Shown piece by piece: positions 26,440 to 36,132 of a DNA stretch of 64,000 nucleotides (the first letter of the stretch is position 1; each line of letters begins with the position of its first letter). This stretch comes from Polyangiaceae bacterium (GTDB lineage: Bacteria > Myxococcota_A > Polyangia > Polyangiales > Polyangiaceae). Location: the NCBI GenBank assembly GCA_044376115.1, contig JBILLK010000001.1, forward strand, positions 32,001 through 96,000, read 5' to 3'. The notes under the pieces are model-generated. The model was given only the letters and a program-made list of their open reading frames with translations, had not been told where the DNA came from and did no database searches. Position numbers and translations under genes: made by a program.

Positions 26440-28038
26440 ATGGAGACCGTAACCGCTTCCTCAGTTGGGACTGCCGTAGCGACCCGCATTGCCTGTCAGG
26501 ACCCGGCTACGCTCGAGTCGCTGGGCTCCGTTGCTGTGATGGGAGATGAGGACGTCCGCGCTGTAGTGGGGCGAGCACGCAAGCTTCAACCGGATTGGGG
26601 ACGTACTTCGTTTGCCGAGCGGCGCGCTGTGCTGCGCGAAGTCTTGGACGAAGTAGTTGCCAACCAAGAGGACATCTGTCGTCTCGCAGTGCGTGACTCC
26701 GGCAAGACTATGGTCGATGCAGCACTTGGGGAGATCTTCCCCGTGTGCGAGAAGCTTCGCTACGTCATTGCCAATGGCGAAAAGGACTTACGCCCTGAGC
26801 CTCGAGCATCGGGCTTCCTAATGCACAAGAAAGCTTGGGTAGAGTACGCGCCCCTCGGCGTCGTAGGCGTCATCTGCCCTTGGAACTTTCCTTTCCACAA
26901 TATCTTCTGCCCTACAGTACCGGCACTTTTTGCGGGCAATGCAGTTGTGGTGAAGGTTAGTGAGCACACCTCGTGGTCGGCGGAGCCGCTCGTCGATATC
27001 TTTCGTCGCGTGCTCGCACGACGCGGACACAATCCAGACCTGGTCCAATTCGTCACTGGCTACGGCGCGACGGGCGCGGCCTTGGTGCGCTCCGGAGTTG
27101 ACAAGATCTTCTTCACCGGCTCCCCCGAAAACGGCGCCAAGGTCATGAAGACTGCGTCGGAGAACCTAACGCCGGTCGTGCTCGAACTGGGTGGCAAAGA
27201 CCCAATGATCATTTGCGACGACGCGGATCTCAAGCATGCGGCGAGTCAGGCCATGTTGGGAGTGTTTACCGCGTGCGGCCAAATGTGCGTTGGAGCCGAA
27301 CGTATCTACGTATTCGACGGGGTCTACGATGCGTTTCTCCACGAGGTGACCAAACGAGTCACGGCTCTCCGCCAAGGACCTCCGCTCGAAGGGACCGTTG
27401 ATGTCGGGGCGATGACCATGCCCACCCAACTCGATATTCTCGATCGGCTCGTAGCGGATGCCGTGGCCAAAGGCGCGAGGGTCGTGACTGGCGGCAAGCG
27501 ACGCGCGGGCCTCAAGGGTCAGTTCTTTGAGCCGACGATCCTCGCTGACGTCACCCACGAGATGGATATCACCCAGAAGGAGCAATTCGGTCCGATCATG
27601 GTGGTGATGAGAGTGGCTGGCGAAGACGAAGCGGTCGCCAAAGCCAACGACTGCCCTTACGGTCTCGGATCGAGCGTCTTCTCGAAGGACACGGCGCGCG
27701 CCGAGAAGATCGCCCGCCGCGTGCGGGCCGGCATGAGCGTGGTCAACGACTACGGCCTTGCCTACATGATTCAGGCGTTGCCGTTCGGCGGAGTTGGAAC
27801 GTCGGGCTTCGGCAAGATCAACGGCAAAGAGGGGCTACGGGCCTGTTGCAACGAGAAAGCCATGGTCTCCGACCGCGTTCGACTCTCCAACGGCGTTGCT
27901 GTGTATCCCATTCGGCAAGCTACGTTTGGCGTGGCGAAGAACGTCATCGAGGTTATTTATGCGCGCGGACTTGGCAACAAGCTGAAGGCCGCCGTCGGTG
28001 CCGCTAGAAACATCGTCTCCGTCGCGCGCGCAAAGTGA
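26440..28038 (+). CDS. Aldehyde dehydrogenase
   Basis: PWNFP, FTGSPENG, LELGGKDP, GQMCVG, EQFGP. Confidence 0.95.
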   Translation: METVTASSVGTAVATRIACQDPATLESLGSVAVMGDEDVRAVVGRARKLQPDWGRTSFAERRAVLREVLDEVVANQEDICRLAVRDSGKTMVDAALGEIFPVCEKLRYVIANGEKDLRPEPRASGFLMHKKAWVEYAPLGVVGVICPWNFPFHNIFCPTVPALFAGNAVVVKVSEHTSWSAEPLVDIFRRVLARRGHNPDLVQFVTGYGATGAALVRSGVDKIFFTGSPENGAKVMKTASENLTPVVLELGGKDPMIICDDADLKHAASQAMLGVFTACGQMCVGAERIYVFDGVYDAFLHEVTKRVTALRQGPPLEGTVDVGAMTMPTQLDILDRLVADAVAKGARVVTGGKRRAGLKGQFFEPTILADVTHEMDITQKEQFGPIMVVMRVAGEDEAVAKANDCPYGLGSSVFSKDTARAEKIARRVRAGMSVVNDYGLAYMIQALPFGGVGTSGFGKINGKEGLRACCNEKAMVSDRVRLSNGVAVYPIRQATFGVAKNVIEVIYARGLGNKLKAAVGAARNIVSVARAK

Positions 28039-28194
28039 GCAAGGCAACGTGGACTAGGAGGATCTGAGATCCTCTTGGAGTTCCCTTGAGCGTCAGACCG
28101 AGCACACCCAACCGCTGTTAGCGACTTGACGGGCACCGCGCTGGCGCTCTCGTCACTTCCGCTGTTGTGCGCGACAAGCGCACGAAAGCGCGGT

Positions 28195-28210
28195 TGGCAT
28201 TGCGATTGCT
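28195..28210 (+). promoter_or_regulatory. Putative sigma-54 (-24/-12) promoter
   Basis: TGGCATT-GCGA-TTGCT, near consensus, intergenic, 75 nt upstream of ATG 28286. Confidence 0.68.
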
Positions 28211-28285
28211 GAACCGGGTAGACCGCGCCGAATAGGCGCTCAACATCGCCACACACGCTCTCTGATCCGAGCGTTGGAGGTTTTC

Positions 28286-31200
28286 ATGCGATCGATGCGA
28301 AGACTATCGCTGGGTATTGGCTTTTGTTCGCTGCTCTCCCTCGCCAGCTGCATGCAAGAGCGTAATCCCATCAACCTGGTTCAGCCAGGAGCTATTCCGA
28401 AGTCGTTCCTCGTCGGAAACGACCTTCAAAGCCCTAGCGACGATCCCGAGTTCTACTGGCGCAATTACGTCGTAGACGCCTCCGCATCTCAGTCGCTCAT
28501 TGGGGTTGGTTCTTACAGTGGTATCGACCGCATCCGCTGGGAGATCGCCGAGGATATGCTGATAGCTCGAAAGGCATATCAGATCGCTGACGGCCAAGAT
28601 GAAAAGGCCGACCCCGAAGCAGCGCCCTCAGGAACGATCGTCGCAGCGTTCGCCATCACGAGCCACTTCGACATCCAGCGCCAATACAACCCCACGACCG
28701 GGGAGGAGAACAACGTCATTGACGAGAACACTCGGGATCAGCCGTGGCAGGCGCGAAAGTTCGTCCGGGTAGATTGGTCCAAGAACCTCGTTGAGAGCCC
28801 GATGTGGGACGACATTTTCATGGGCAAGGTGTTCGGCAACCTCAAGGTGTCACCAGCCACCTATGACGTGTCTGACCCAACTAGCCCCGACCGTCCGCAC
28901 TACGATCTAGAGAATGGCTACTTCGACATTACCTCTAAGTACTATGTCGAGCCCACCGAAAGCTCGCTCATTCCTGGCCTCCCTACGTGCGTGGTCATGG
29001 GCTTCTACACAGGCTCAACGACCTACGAGTGTGATGTTCAAGAAGCGACGGTTCGAAGCTCTTTCGTGAAGGTCGACAAAGAACGCCAGTTCGAACCGTT
29101 GGACATGACGCACGCACCGCTGGATATCGTGGGCAACCCAGCCGGCATCCGCTCCGGTAGCCTCATCATCGGCTTGACCGGTGGTATCGAACAGGGTTGG
29201 GATCCGGGCTACGGGTACAATGATGCGCAGTATCACCGGTATGCTCATATCCACAATATCTGGGAGCAGAGCCACCAGGACGCTGCCTGTGAGGTCAACG
29301 ACGATCTTGACGCCAACGGTACGGCCGACGCCTGCGAGAACGCTCTAACCGGCTACGAGGGCAAGACTGGCTCGCAATGCGATGTCGCTACCAAGAAGTG
29401 CACCATCCCGCTACGAGATCGCCAGATCAGGTCGGTTGGATACTGGGCTAACCGCGAGTTCCCGCAAGCGCTGCAAGACGCACTCAACGAGGACGGCTCA
29501 AAGCAGAAAACCGGTGCCGCTGAAGAGCTCATTGCCTCCTGGAATCAGCTGATGAGTGGCGCCGTAGCCCAAGCCCGAGCCGTGGAATGTAGGCGCACTG
29601 GCGGAGAACGAGACCAGTGCGAGAGCGAGTTCCTCGAGGCGGACAAAGAGATGATCGCCTACGGCGGTTGGCTCGTGGACAAGGCAAAGGATCCTACGCC
29701 GGTGCTGACTTTCTGCCACAACCCAGTACGTAGTTACGACCTGGTCGACGTATGTGGCAAGGTTGGAGACTCCGCGCGACTCGGCGATGTCCGCAAGAAC
29801 TTCTTCGCCTATTGGCCCCACGCCTCACGAGCACCCTGGGGTGGAATTGGCAACTGGGGCGGAGACCCGAAGACTGGCGAGATTCACGGCGCAGCCGCCA
29901 TGATCATGGGGCGCAGTGCAACCTACGCAGCTGCCCTCCAGAGAGATGTTATCCAAGTAGCGCTTGGTGACCTCTCGATTGAAGACATCACCAATGGTGT
30001 TCCCGCAGACAACTACGCACATGAGTTGCAAGACGGTCACTCGCCCAAGGCGTTCTCCGTAGCTGAGATCGACGCACGGACGCGCAGCATCGACGCAACC
30101 CATGCCAAGCTTTCAGTCGGTCCAGTCCCGGTGGCGGGCAACACGATTGCAGACAAGTCGGGTGCCTTCTTCGAGATGCTCAAGCAGTCGTCAACCACGG
30201 CGGATGACGTCGTCTCGGCGCAGCTCGAGGTCGACGCCTACGCAGACGCCCTCCGCGGTACGACCTATGAGGCAAAGCTCGTCGATAGCCACTGGATGGT
30301 AGGGACGGCCGCGCTAAGCCCCAGTGAACAAGCCACAGAGACGGTCCTCGACGCTGTGTCTCCTCTCCGCGGCTTCGACCCGGGAGTGATGCGAGCCGTG
30401 CAGCACGACGTGCATGAGGCGCTTGAAGCACGTGGTGCGTGCTTCCACAACAAGGAGGCCCCGGTCTACGGCAGTATCGACCTGCAGGGACTGGCTCGTT
30501 ACTTCGATCAGAAGTACCCAAAGACGGACTACACAGTCGAGCAGCGCGGTGAGCACATCTACAACGACCTTTGGATTGAGGCCTTCAAGGGCATCGCCAT
30601 TCATGAGGTCGGACACTCCCTCGGGCTATTGCACAACTTCGCCTCTTCGTGGGACTCCGTCAACTATCACCCGGCCTACTGGCAGCTCCGCTCGCATGAA
30701 GGTACAAGCACAGAATCGTGCGAAGGCCTGCCTCGGGAGGGGGACACCTCGGATGATGCAAACGACAGTTGCATGGGTCCCCGCTACTTGGACCCGCCGA
30801 CGAGCGATGAGCAGGGCCTGAGTGGGGAGTCGCGACCTGGTATTGACTACTTCGGACAAACCTCTGTCATGGAGTACTCGATTGAGCGCTTCGGCGAGAC
30901 CGTTGGCCTCGGTCAATACGATGCCCACGCCATGAAGGCCCTTTACGGTCGTGTGCTCGAGACGTTCGAGGACGAAGACCGTGGTGGACACTCAATCAAG
31001 GAGCAGGAGACCTTCGCTCCTCGCCTGCAATCACAACTAATCGAGTCGGATCGCGTGGTGCGGACCACCGCACCTTTCGTCGGACAAAAGTTCGCTAAGC
31101 CTACGCATTACACCGAGGTTGCGCGGCTCATGGGAGTGTTCAGCCCTGACCGTTGCCGCGACGCCACCGAAGAAGAGAAGGCGCAAGCGGGCTGGAGACT

Positions 31201-32662
31201 CGTACACGGTAAGGTCTGCGCACCGGCACCCCGAGACCACGCCGCCTGGCGTGACTTCGAGGATGGGCCGACGACGGCTGGCGACGCGAACACGACAGCT
31301 GTTGCGTGGCACACAAAGGAAACGGCTGCGACGGGTGCTGGCAAGGTCCGCTGGATGTATCGCTATGGCACAGCCAACAATAGCTACTACCACACGAACC
31401 CCGGAGATGCGGGCGCTGACCCATTTGAAGTAACGACCAACACGATCAAGCGGTTTGATGCCACTTATCCTTGGACGTACTTCCGCCGCGGCGACAAGGA
31501 GTACATTGCAGACTCTATCCCGTTTGCGGTAGCGAACTCGACGATTGAGCGCCTACGCTCCTATCACTGGAGTGCTGCAAACAGGAACGCCTTCTTCAAG
31601 AGCTTTGGGGAGGGGACCTTCGAGCAGATCGCTGGGAGCGATGATTGGCACCGCCCGGCCGTGATGGCGGAGACTGAAGCCTTCAAGACGCTTGCGCGTT
31701 TCATGCTCATGCCCGAGCCGGGTGAGTATAGCCAGATGGAGGGGCTCGTAGGCTCTGACCGACCCATCTGGGACATCGCAACCGAAGGGTCCTTCAGCAT
31801 CGGTGCCGTTGATGGCCGCTTCATTGAGGAGAACTTCAATAGCGATCCCGATGGTGGTGGCTCCTGGGACTACGGGCACTGGATGAACTACGCCGGGTTT
31901 GGTGTTGAGAAGACGTACGCGGCGATGGCGCTTGCGGATGCGCGACCCACGCTTTCAACGATTAGCCGTGACAACTACCTGGACGGTCGGGACTCGATGA
32001 TCAACTTCCGCTCCGATATGCCGGAGGCGATGGACCGGCTATTCGGTGGGATTCTCGCCGAGGATTGGGAGACTGTCGGCATGTTCGTCAAGCCGGGTGA
32101 TGAGACACCGAAGCCGGAGCTCCTCGATCTGGCGGACCCGGACAGCCCCTCACGGCCAGCCAACGCCCGGATCCTCTTTCCTAACATCGGCTACAAGCAA
32201 CAGCTCGGCATCCTGATCTTTGCCAATATCTACTCGCGGGCGGGCGCAGACATGTCACTCGCCAACAAGATGCGCTTGTGGGTCCTAGGCCACGAGGACG
32301 CCATTGAGGTTGCTGAGTCTTCACAAGTACGCTTCACCGACCCCGTCTCCGGTTACACCTATATCGCTAAGAAGTACGGCGCAGACGAGATCGACGGGAA
32401 GACCGTAGACAAAGGCATCGCATCTCGCATGGTGGCGCGCGCTAACGACCTGCTCGTCGCCTCGTACGAAGTAGTCACGGACGCGGAGGGCAAGACCGTA
32501 TTGGACGAGTTTGGCGCCCCTACGCTGGTGCTGGACGCCGACGGGCAGCCTGTACTTCGCGCAGATGGCGCCGTTGGCAGCCTGACGCGCTACACTGGGC
32601 TGCTCGACGCAACTCGGCAGATTGGGTTCCGTTTGGGCTACGGCCCGCTGGGCGGAAACTGA
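28286..32662 (+). CDS. Very large zinc metalloprotease (metzincin-type) lipoprotein
   Basis: GGAGG RBS; LASC lipobox; HEVGHSLGLLH zinc motif and SVMEY Met-turn. Confidence 0.88.
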   Translation: MRSMRRLSLGIGFCSLLSLASCMQERNPINLVQPGAIPKSFLVGNDLQSPSDDPEFYWRNYVVDASASQSLIGVGSYSGIDRIRWEIAEDMLIARKAYQIADGQDEKADPEAAPSGTIVAAFAITSHFDIQRQYNPTTGEENNVIDENTRDQPWQARKFVRVDWSKNLVESPMWDDIFMGKVFGNLKVSPATYDVSDPTSPDRPHYDLENGYFDITSKYYVEPTESSLIPGLPTCVVMGFYTGSTTYECDVQEATVRSSFVKVDKERQFEPLDMTHAPLDIVGNPAGIRSGSLIIGLTGGIEQGWDPGYGYNDAQYHRYAHIHNIWEQSHQDAACEVNDDLDANGTADACENALTGYEGKTGSQCDVATKKCTIPLRDRQIRSVGYWANREFPQALQDALNEDGSKQKTGAAEELIASWNQLMSGAVAQARAVECRRTGGERDQCESEFLEADKEMIAYGGWLVDKAKDPTPVLTFCHNPVRSYDLVDVCGKVGDSARLGDVRKNFFAYWPHASRAPWGGIGNWGGDPKTGEIHGAAAMIMGRSATYAAALQRDVIQVALGDLSIEDITNGVPADNYAHELQDGHSPKAFSVAEIDARTRSIDATHAKLSVGPVPVAGNTIADKSGAFFEMLKQSSTTADDVVSAQLEVDAYADALRGTTYEAKLVDSHWMVGTAALSPSEQATETVLDAVSPLRGFDPGVMRAVQHDVHEALEARGACFHNKEAPVYGSIDLQGLARYFDQKYPKTDYTVEQRGEHIYNDLWIEAFKGIAIHEVGHSLGLLHNFASSWDSVNYHPAYWQLRSHEGTSTESCEGLPREGDTSDDANDSCMGPRYLDPPTSDEQGLSGESRPGIDYFGQTSVMEYSIERFGETVGLGQYDAHAMKALYGRVLETFEDEDRGGHSIKEQETFAPRLQSQLIESDRVVRTTAPFVGQKFAKPTHYTEVARLMGVFSPDRCRDATEEEKAQAGWRLVHGKVCAPAPRDHAAWRDFEDGPTTAGDANTTAVAWHTKETAATGAGKVRWMYRYGTANNSYYHTNPGDAGADPFEVTTNTIKRFDATYPWTYFRRGDKEYIADSIPFAVANSTIERLRSYHWSAANRNAFFKSFGEGTFEQIAGSDDWHRPAVMAETEAFKTLARFMLMPEPGEYSQMEGLVGSDRPIWDIATEGSFSIGAVDGRFIEENFNSDPDGGGSWDYGHWMNYAGFGVEKTYAAMALADARPTLSTISRDNYLDGRDSMINFRSDMPEAMDRLFGGILAEDWETVGMFVKPGDETPKPELLDLADPDSPSRPANARILFPNIGYKQQLGILIFANIYSRAGADMSLANKMRLWVLGHEDAIEVAESSQVRFTDPVSGYTYIAKKYGADEIDGKTVDKGIASRMVARANDLLVASYEVVTDAEGKTVLDEFGAPTLVLDADGQPVLRADGAVGSLTRYTGLLDATRQIGFRLGYGPLGGN

Positions 32663-32693
32663 TCGAGCGGATCAAGAACCGCACCTCTTAACG

Positions 32694-32738
32694 GCCGAAC
32701 GGCGAACCAACTTTTCTGGTTCGTCGTTCGGCTTTTGT
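32694..32738 (+). terminator. Rho-independent terminator
   Basis: gccgaacggcgaacca / tggttcgtcgttcggc stem followed by ttttgt. Confidence 0.75.
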
Positions 32739-32755
32739 GCCGCTTACAGTAGGCT

Positions 32756-33313
32756 TTGCCAGTGCGTTATACGTTGATGACGGTCATTGCGTTCAGCATC
32801 GCCCAGCGCTGGCGAAAGCTGACCTCCTGGTTCGTACTCTTTGCGAGCCTCTTCGTCTGGGGTTGTGACCTAGCCAGCGTTGAAGAGGAGTCCGGGGCGC
32901 CCTTAGAAAGCTCGCCTGCGAGTCAATCAGCTGGTTCGAGCAGTCGAGCAACGGCCAGCGCCATGGCGCCGTCGGCGAGTTCTTCGGCGGCAAAGGCAGT
33001 AAAGCCCGATCCGAGCCTACTGCAATACCCGGGGCTTGCAACGGTCCCCCGAGAAGAGCGCCAAGCGATAATGGATACCTTGAGTCTGATCAAGACCGAT
33101 GGCCCATTCCCTCACGCCCAAGACGGAACAACGTTTCAGAACCGTGAACGCAACCTTCCGCTAAAGATCCGCGGGTACTATCGCGAATACACAGTACCAA
33201 CGCCAAGGGTGCAAACCCGTGGCAAGCGACGACTGGTGATTGGAAACGAGCGGGAGACCTACTACACTCGAGACCACTACAACTCGTTTATCGATTTAAA
33301 GGTGGCGCCGTGA
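32756..33313 (+). CDS. Guanyl-specific ribonuclease (RNase Sa/barnase family), lipoprotein-type
   Basis: GPFPHAQDGTTFQNRE.NLP..GYYREYTV..RG.RRLV..YYTRDHY; VWGC lipobox. The start may be ATG 32777. Confidence 0.9.
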   Translation: MPVRYTLMTVIAFSIAQRWRKLTSWFVLFASLFVWGCDLASVEEESGAPLESSPASQSAGSSSRATASAMAPSASSSAAKAVKPDPSLLQYPGLATVPREERQAIMDTLSLIKTDGPFPHAQDGTTFQNRERNLPLKIRGYYREYTVPTPRVQTRGKRRLVIGNERETYYTRDHYNSFIDLKVAP

Positions 33314-33714
33314 TGGCTGACGACAATCTGTTTCCGGACCACCAGCGTGCCGTGCACTTTGTTACGGGGCAGCTGCCTGCGCCGTCTTCCACGGAGGAGG
33401 GACAGGTAGCATTCATTCACTCCGCCCGGGCCGATAAGGCTGCCATCATCGGCGCCATTTATGCGGCGTTGGGTCTCGAGGGAGAGGGGTTTGGCTGCAA
33501 TCTGGACGGTCTTTTCGACGTACTGACCTCCGTCACGCCGTCGGCGAGTCGCGTGCTCGTGTTCGAGTTTGGTGGAGAGCTGTGGAAGGAGGACCCGTTG
33601 GTTATGGGCCGATTGCTCGAGGTCTTCCTGGATGCTGCTGCCGCCGAGCGAGAACACAGTCGCACGCTCAATGTTGTGTTCTGTCTCGAGGAGGCGCCGG
33701 CGAGCGCCAAATGA
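33310..33714 (+). CDS. Barstar-like ribonuclease inhibitor
   Basis: FGCNLDGLFDVLT motif, acidic, GTGA-coupled to the RNase gene. Confidence 0.8.
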   Translation: MMADDNLFPDHQRAVHFVTGQLPAPSSTEEGQVAFIHSARADKAAIIGAIYAALGLEGEGFGCNLDGLFDVLTSVTPSASRVLVFEFGGELWKEDPLVMGRLLEVFLDAAAAEREHSRTLNVVFCLEEAPASAK

Positions 33715-34711
33715 CTGCGTCCACCACGTAGTGGTGAAAGTTGAAGGCGAGGAACACAACCATCACGGTCGGCAGCGTGTTCCATTGGAGCCTCGCGGTC
33801 ACAATGCCGAGTACCAGGTAGGTCACGGTTGAAAGACCAAGACAAGCTGCGGCATAAAAGAGGACGTTCCTCGGCTGCGAGAGCCAAGAGATGAACCGCT
33901 TCTCGGGCTGTACTCCTGTGCGAAACTCCCGCGCATTGGTAGCCCAGACGAATACGATGTACTGGGCGTTGTGCCAGACATTGATAAAGAGCCACCCTGC
34001 TGTCACTTCGGCGATTGCTATGTAGCTGATGAAGGTCATCGCGACGTGTGACAGGACGAACAGGGTCTGACCTCGTTGAGCCTTCCGTGTGGCGCTTGGT
34101 GAGCGCAAGCGACGCAGTAGCCAAACCGTGAAGAGCGCGAGCGTCCCCGCACCAACGACCGCGGCTATCGAGCTAGCAATGGGCGGACTGTAGAGAGCCG
34201 CCGAATAGAAGATTGGTTGCTGCTGGCTTGCCCGATGTATTAGCCCCCAGACTGGGAAGGCGGCGATGACTAGCGTTGTAAGGCTGTCTGTCGCAGGGCC
34301 CTGCAACCCTGCAGCACGTCCATACGCTCGTGCAATCCCATAGCTTTGCCGCGAATAGTGGAATGTCTGCCAATAGAAATAGAGGCTATTGAGGAATACG
34401 GCGCCCCACAGATAGGTCGTTAGAGCAGTAGCACCAAGTACAATTGGGAAGAGCAGCGTAAGGAGGAACCAATGACGTTTGGCGCTCCCCTTATCAAAGG
34501 CGATCCGGGTGTAGGTCGAGGCAACGTGCGGGTAGGCTATCAACCATACGTCCAAGAGCAGCACGTTCATGAACGCTGCCTCGGAGCTACCCGCCAGCAA
34601 GCCGAGAGCCAGCGCGAGGAGAAAGACTCCTCCAATAAACAGTGCATCAAAGCGTGGCCCTCGAAGCCAGCCCGGCCTTGCTGCATCAGTCAGGTGCGCG
34701 CTCGACTGCAC
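33668..34711 (-). CDS. Polytopic membrane protein with multiple His motifs, function unknown
   Basis: Multiple TM helices; YPHVAST, FHYSRQ, WHNAQY, FHHYVVD. Start placed at GTG 34711. Confidence 0.8.
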   Translation of the reverse strand: MQSSAHLTDAARPGWLRGPRFDALFIGGVFLLALALGLLAGSSEAAFMNVLLLDVWLIAYPHVASTYTRIAFDKGSAKRHWFLLTLLFPIVLGATALTTYLWGAVFLNSLYFYWQTFHYSRQSYGIARAYGRAAGLQGPATDSLTTLVIAAFPVWGLIHRASQQQPIFYSAALYSPPIASSIAAVVGAGTLALFTVWLLRRLRSPSATRKAQRGQTLFVLSHVAMTFISYIAIAEVTAGWLFINVWHNAQYIVFVWATNAREFRTGVQPEKRFISWLSQPRNVLFYAAACLGLSTVTYLVLGIVTARLQWNTLPTVMVVFLAFNFHHYVVDAVIWRSPAPPRDRTQH

Positions 34712-34728
34712 GGCGACGAGGGTAGCAG

Positions 34729-35925
34729 CTACTCGTCCTTCATCTTGCCTTTCAGTTTCTTCCCTGCGAAGCGAGCTCGCGGCGTTTCGGGGGTTGCGTC
34801 CTTGGCGTTGGGACCAAGGAGAGTTCCGCACATTGTCTTGCACAGGATGTCGTTGGCGTCGCAGGTGCAGCGCCCCTGTGACTTGAGTTCGAGCTTCGTC
34901 TTCATGTCGTTGACGCTGAACTGTGCCAACTTCTCGACCTTGACGATGTCCCAGCCAGCCTTGGCTTGGCGTGGGGTGAGCGGCATCGTTGGCTTGCCGT
35001 CTGGCTCGGAGCAGCAGCGGAAGCTTAGGAAGTAATAGTAGAAGTCTTCACCGTGCGTGTAGACCTTGGGGCGGCATTGATTACGAACCCCGCTGTACCA
35101 AGGCCCGCCCGTGTGGATGCTATCGAACTTGCCACGGGTCGTCCCGTTCGGAGCTTGCTCGCTAGCCACCACTTCATCGGCGTTACCGGGCATATCGTAG
35201 ACGCCAAAGTCGCTTACGCAGCCTGGCTGGGAGCCGCTGGGCATACCCTTCCAGAGGCGGCCGAGCTCCTTGGAGTCGCGCTTCTCCACCAGAGACATGT
35301 TCGGGTCATCCCACTTGTGATCGCCATTGCAGATTAGCGGATCGCGCTTGTACCCGTACGGAAACGGCTTCATCTCCGGCCCCTCACAAGCGAAGCTCCA
35401 TTCGCTTTCGGTGCACATACGTTTGCCGACGGCCGCACATTTGACCTGCGCTTGGTGAAAACGGTTCATCACCTCGGGGCGCTCTCCGGCGACGTTCGGC
35501 CACTCGTACTTATCAATGCAGTAGCGTTTTTTCTCGCGTGAGCCTGTGCACTTGGCCGTGGGCTCAAACACCTCACAGACGCGCTTCTTGTTGGCCTCGG
35601 CCCACCACTCTTTGATGCACTTGTGTTCTACCTCTGTGCAGTAGTCCCCCTCGACGAGCACCATATTTGCGGGGCAGGTAGGCGGCGGTGGCGCTGGATC
35701 GGTAGCCGTGGTCGTCGGAGCTGCAACCAGCTTCACGTCGGGCAACCCAGGGGAGGAAGACGCAGCTGAGCCGGAGGACGCAGAGTCGGCAGGCGGCCGA
35801 CCCGGTTCAACCGGAATTGGCCCAGGCTCTGCCGGTGCCCCACCGGCACAGGACGCCAAGGCGGCAAACCATGCAGTCGCGAACGCTTGAAGTCGGTGGG
35901 AGCTAGGGAGCGGTAAAGCTTTCAT
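34729..35925 (-). CDS. FGE-sulfatase (SUMF1-like) domain lipoprotein
   Basis: LASC lipobox; CPANMVLVEG, CIDKYEWPN, GKRMCTESEWSFACEG, FGVYDMPGNADE, SFRCC. Confidence 0.87.
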   Translation of the reverse strand: MKALPLPSSHRLQAFATAWFAALASCAGGAPAEPGPIPVEPGRPPADSASSGSAASSSPGLPDVKLVAAPTTTATDPAPPPPTCPANMVLVEGDYCTEVEHKCIKEWWAEANKKRVCEVFEPTAKCTGSREKKRYCIDKYEWPNVAGERPEVMNRFHQAQVKCAAVGKRMCTESEWSFACEGPEMKPFPYGYKRDPLICNGDHKWDDPNMSLVEKRDSKELGRLWKGMPSGSQPGCVSDFGVYDMPGNADEVVASEQAPNGTTRGKFDSIHTGGPWYSGVRNQCRPKVYTHGEDFYYYFLSFRCCSEPDGKPTMPLTPRQAKAGWDIVKVEKLAQFSVNDMKTKLELKSQGRCTCDANDILCKTMCGTLLGPNAKDATPETPRARFAGKKLKGKMKDE

Positions 35926-36132
35926 TCGATGATCTCTGGGAAGGTGGCGGGGCTGCGATACCACGAAACAGGCCGTTCCATGGGAGCTAGGCCGCAACCG
36001 CAAGAGCCACAATTGCAAGGTCGTGGTTGGAGTCCAGCTTGGACGGAACGCTCGGCAACTCCTCCGACATCCTGCCACCGAGTTTTTGTCGAACAGTTGG
36101 CCGAAAGCGTCGGCTTTCGCTAACCGGGTCGC

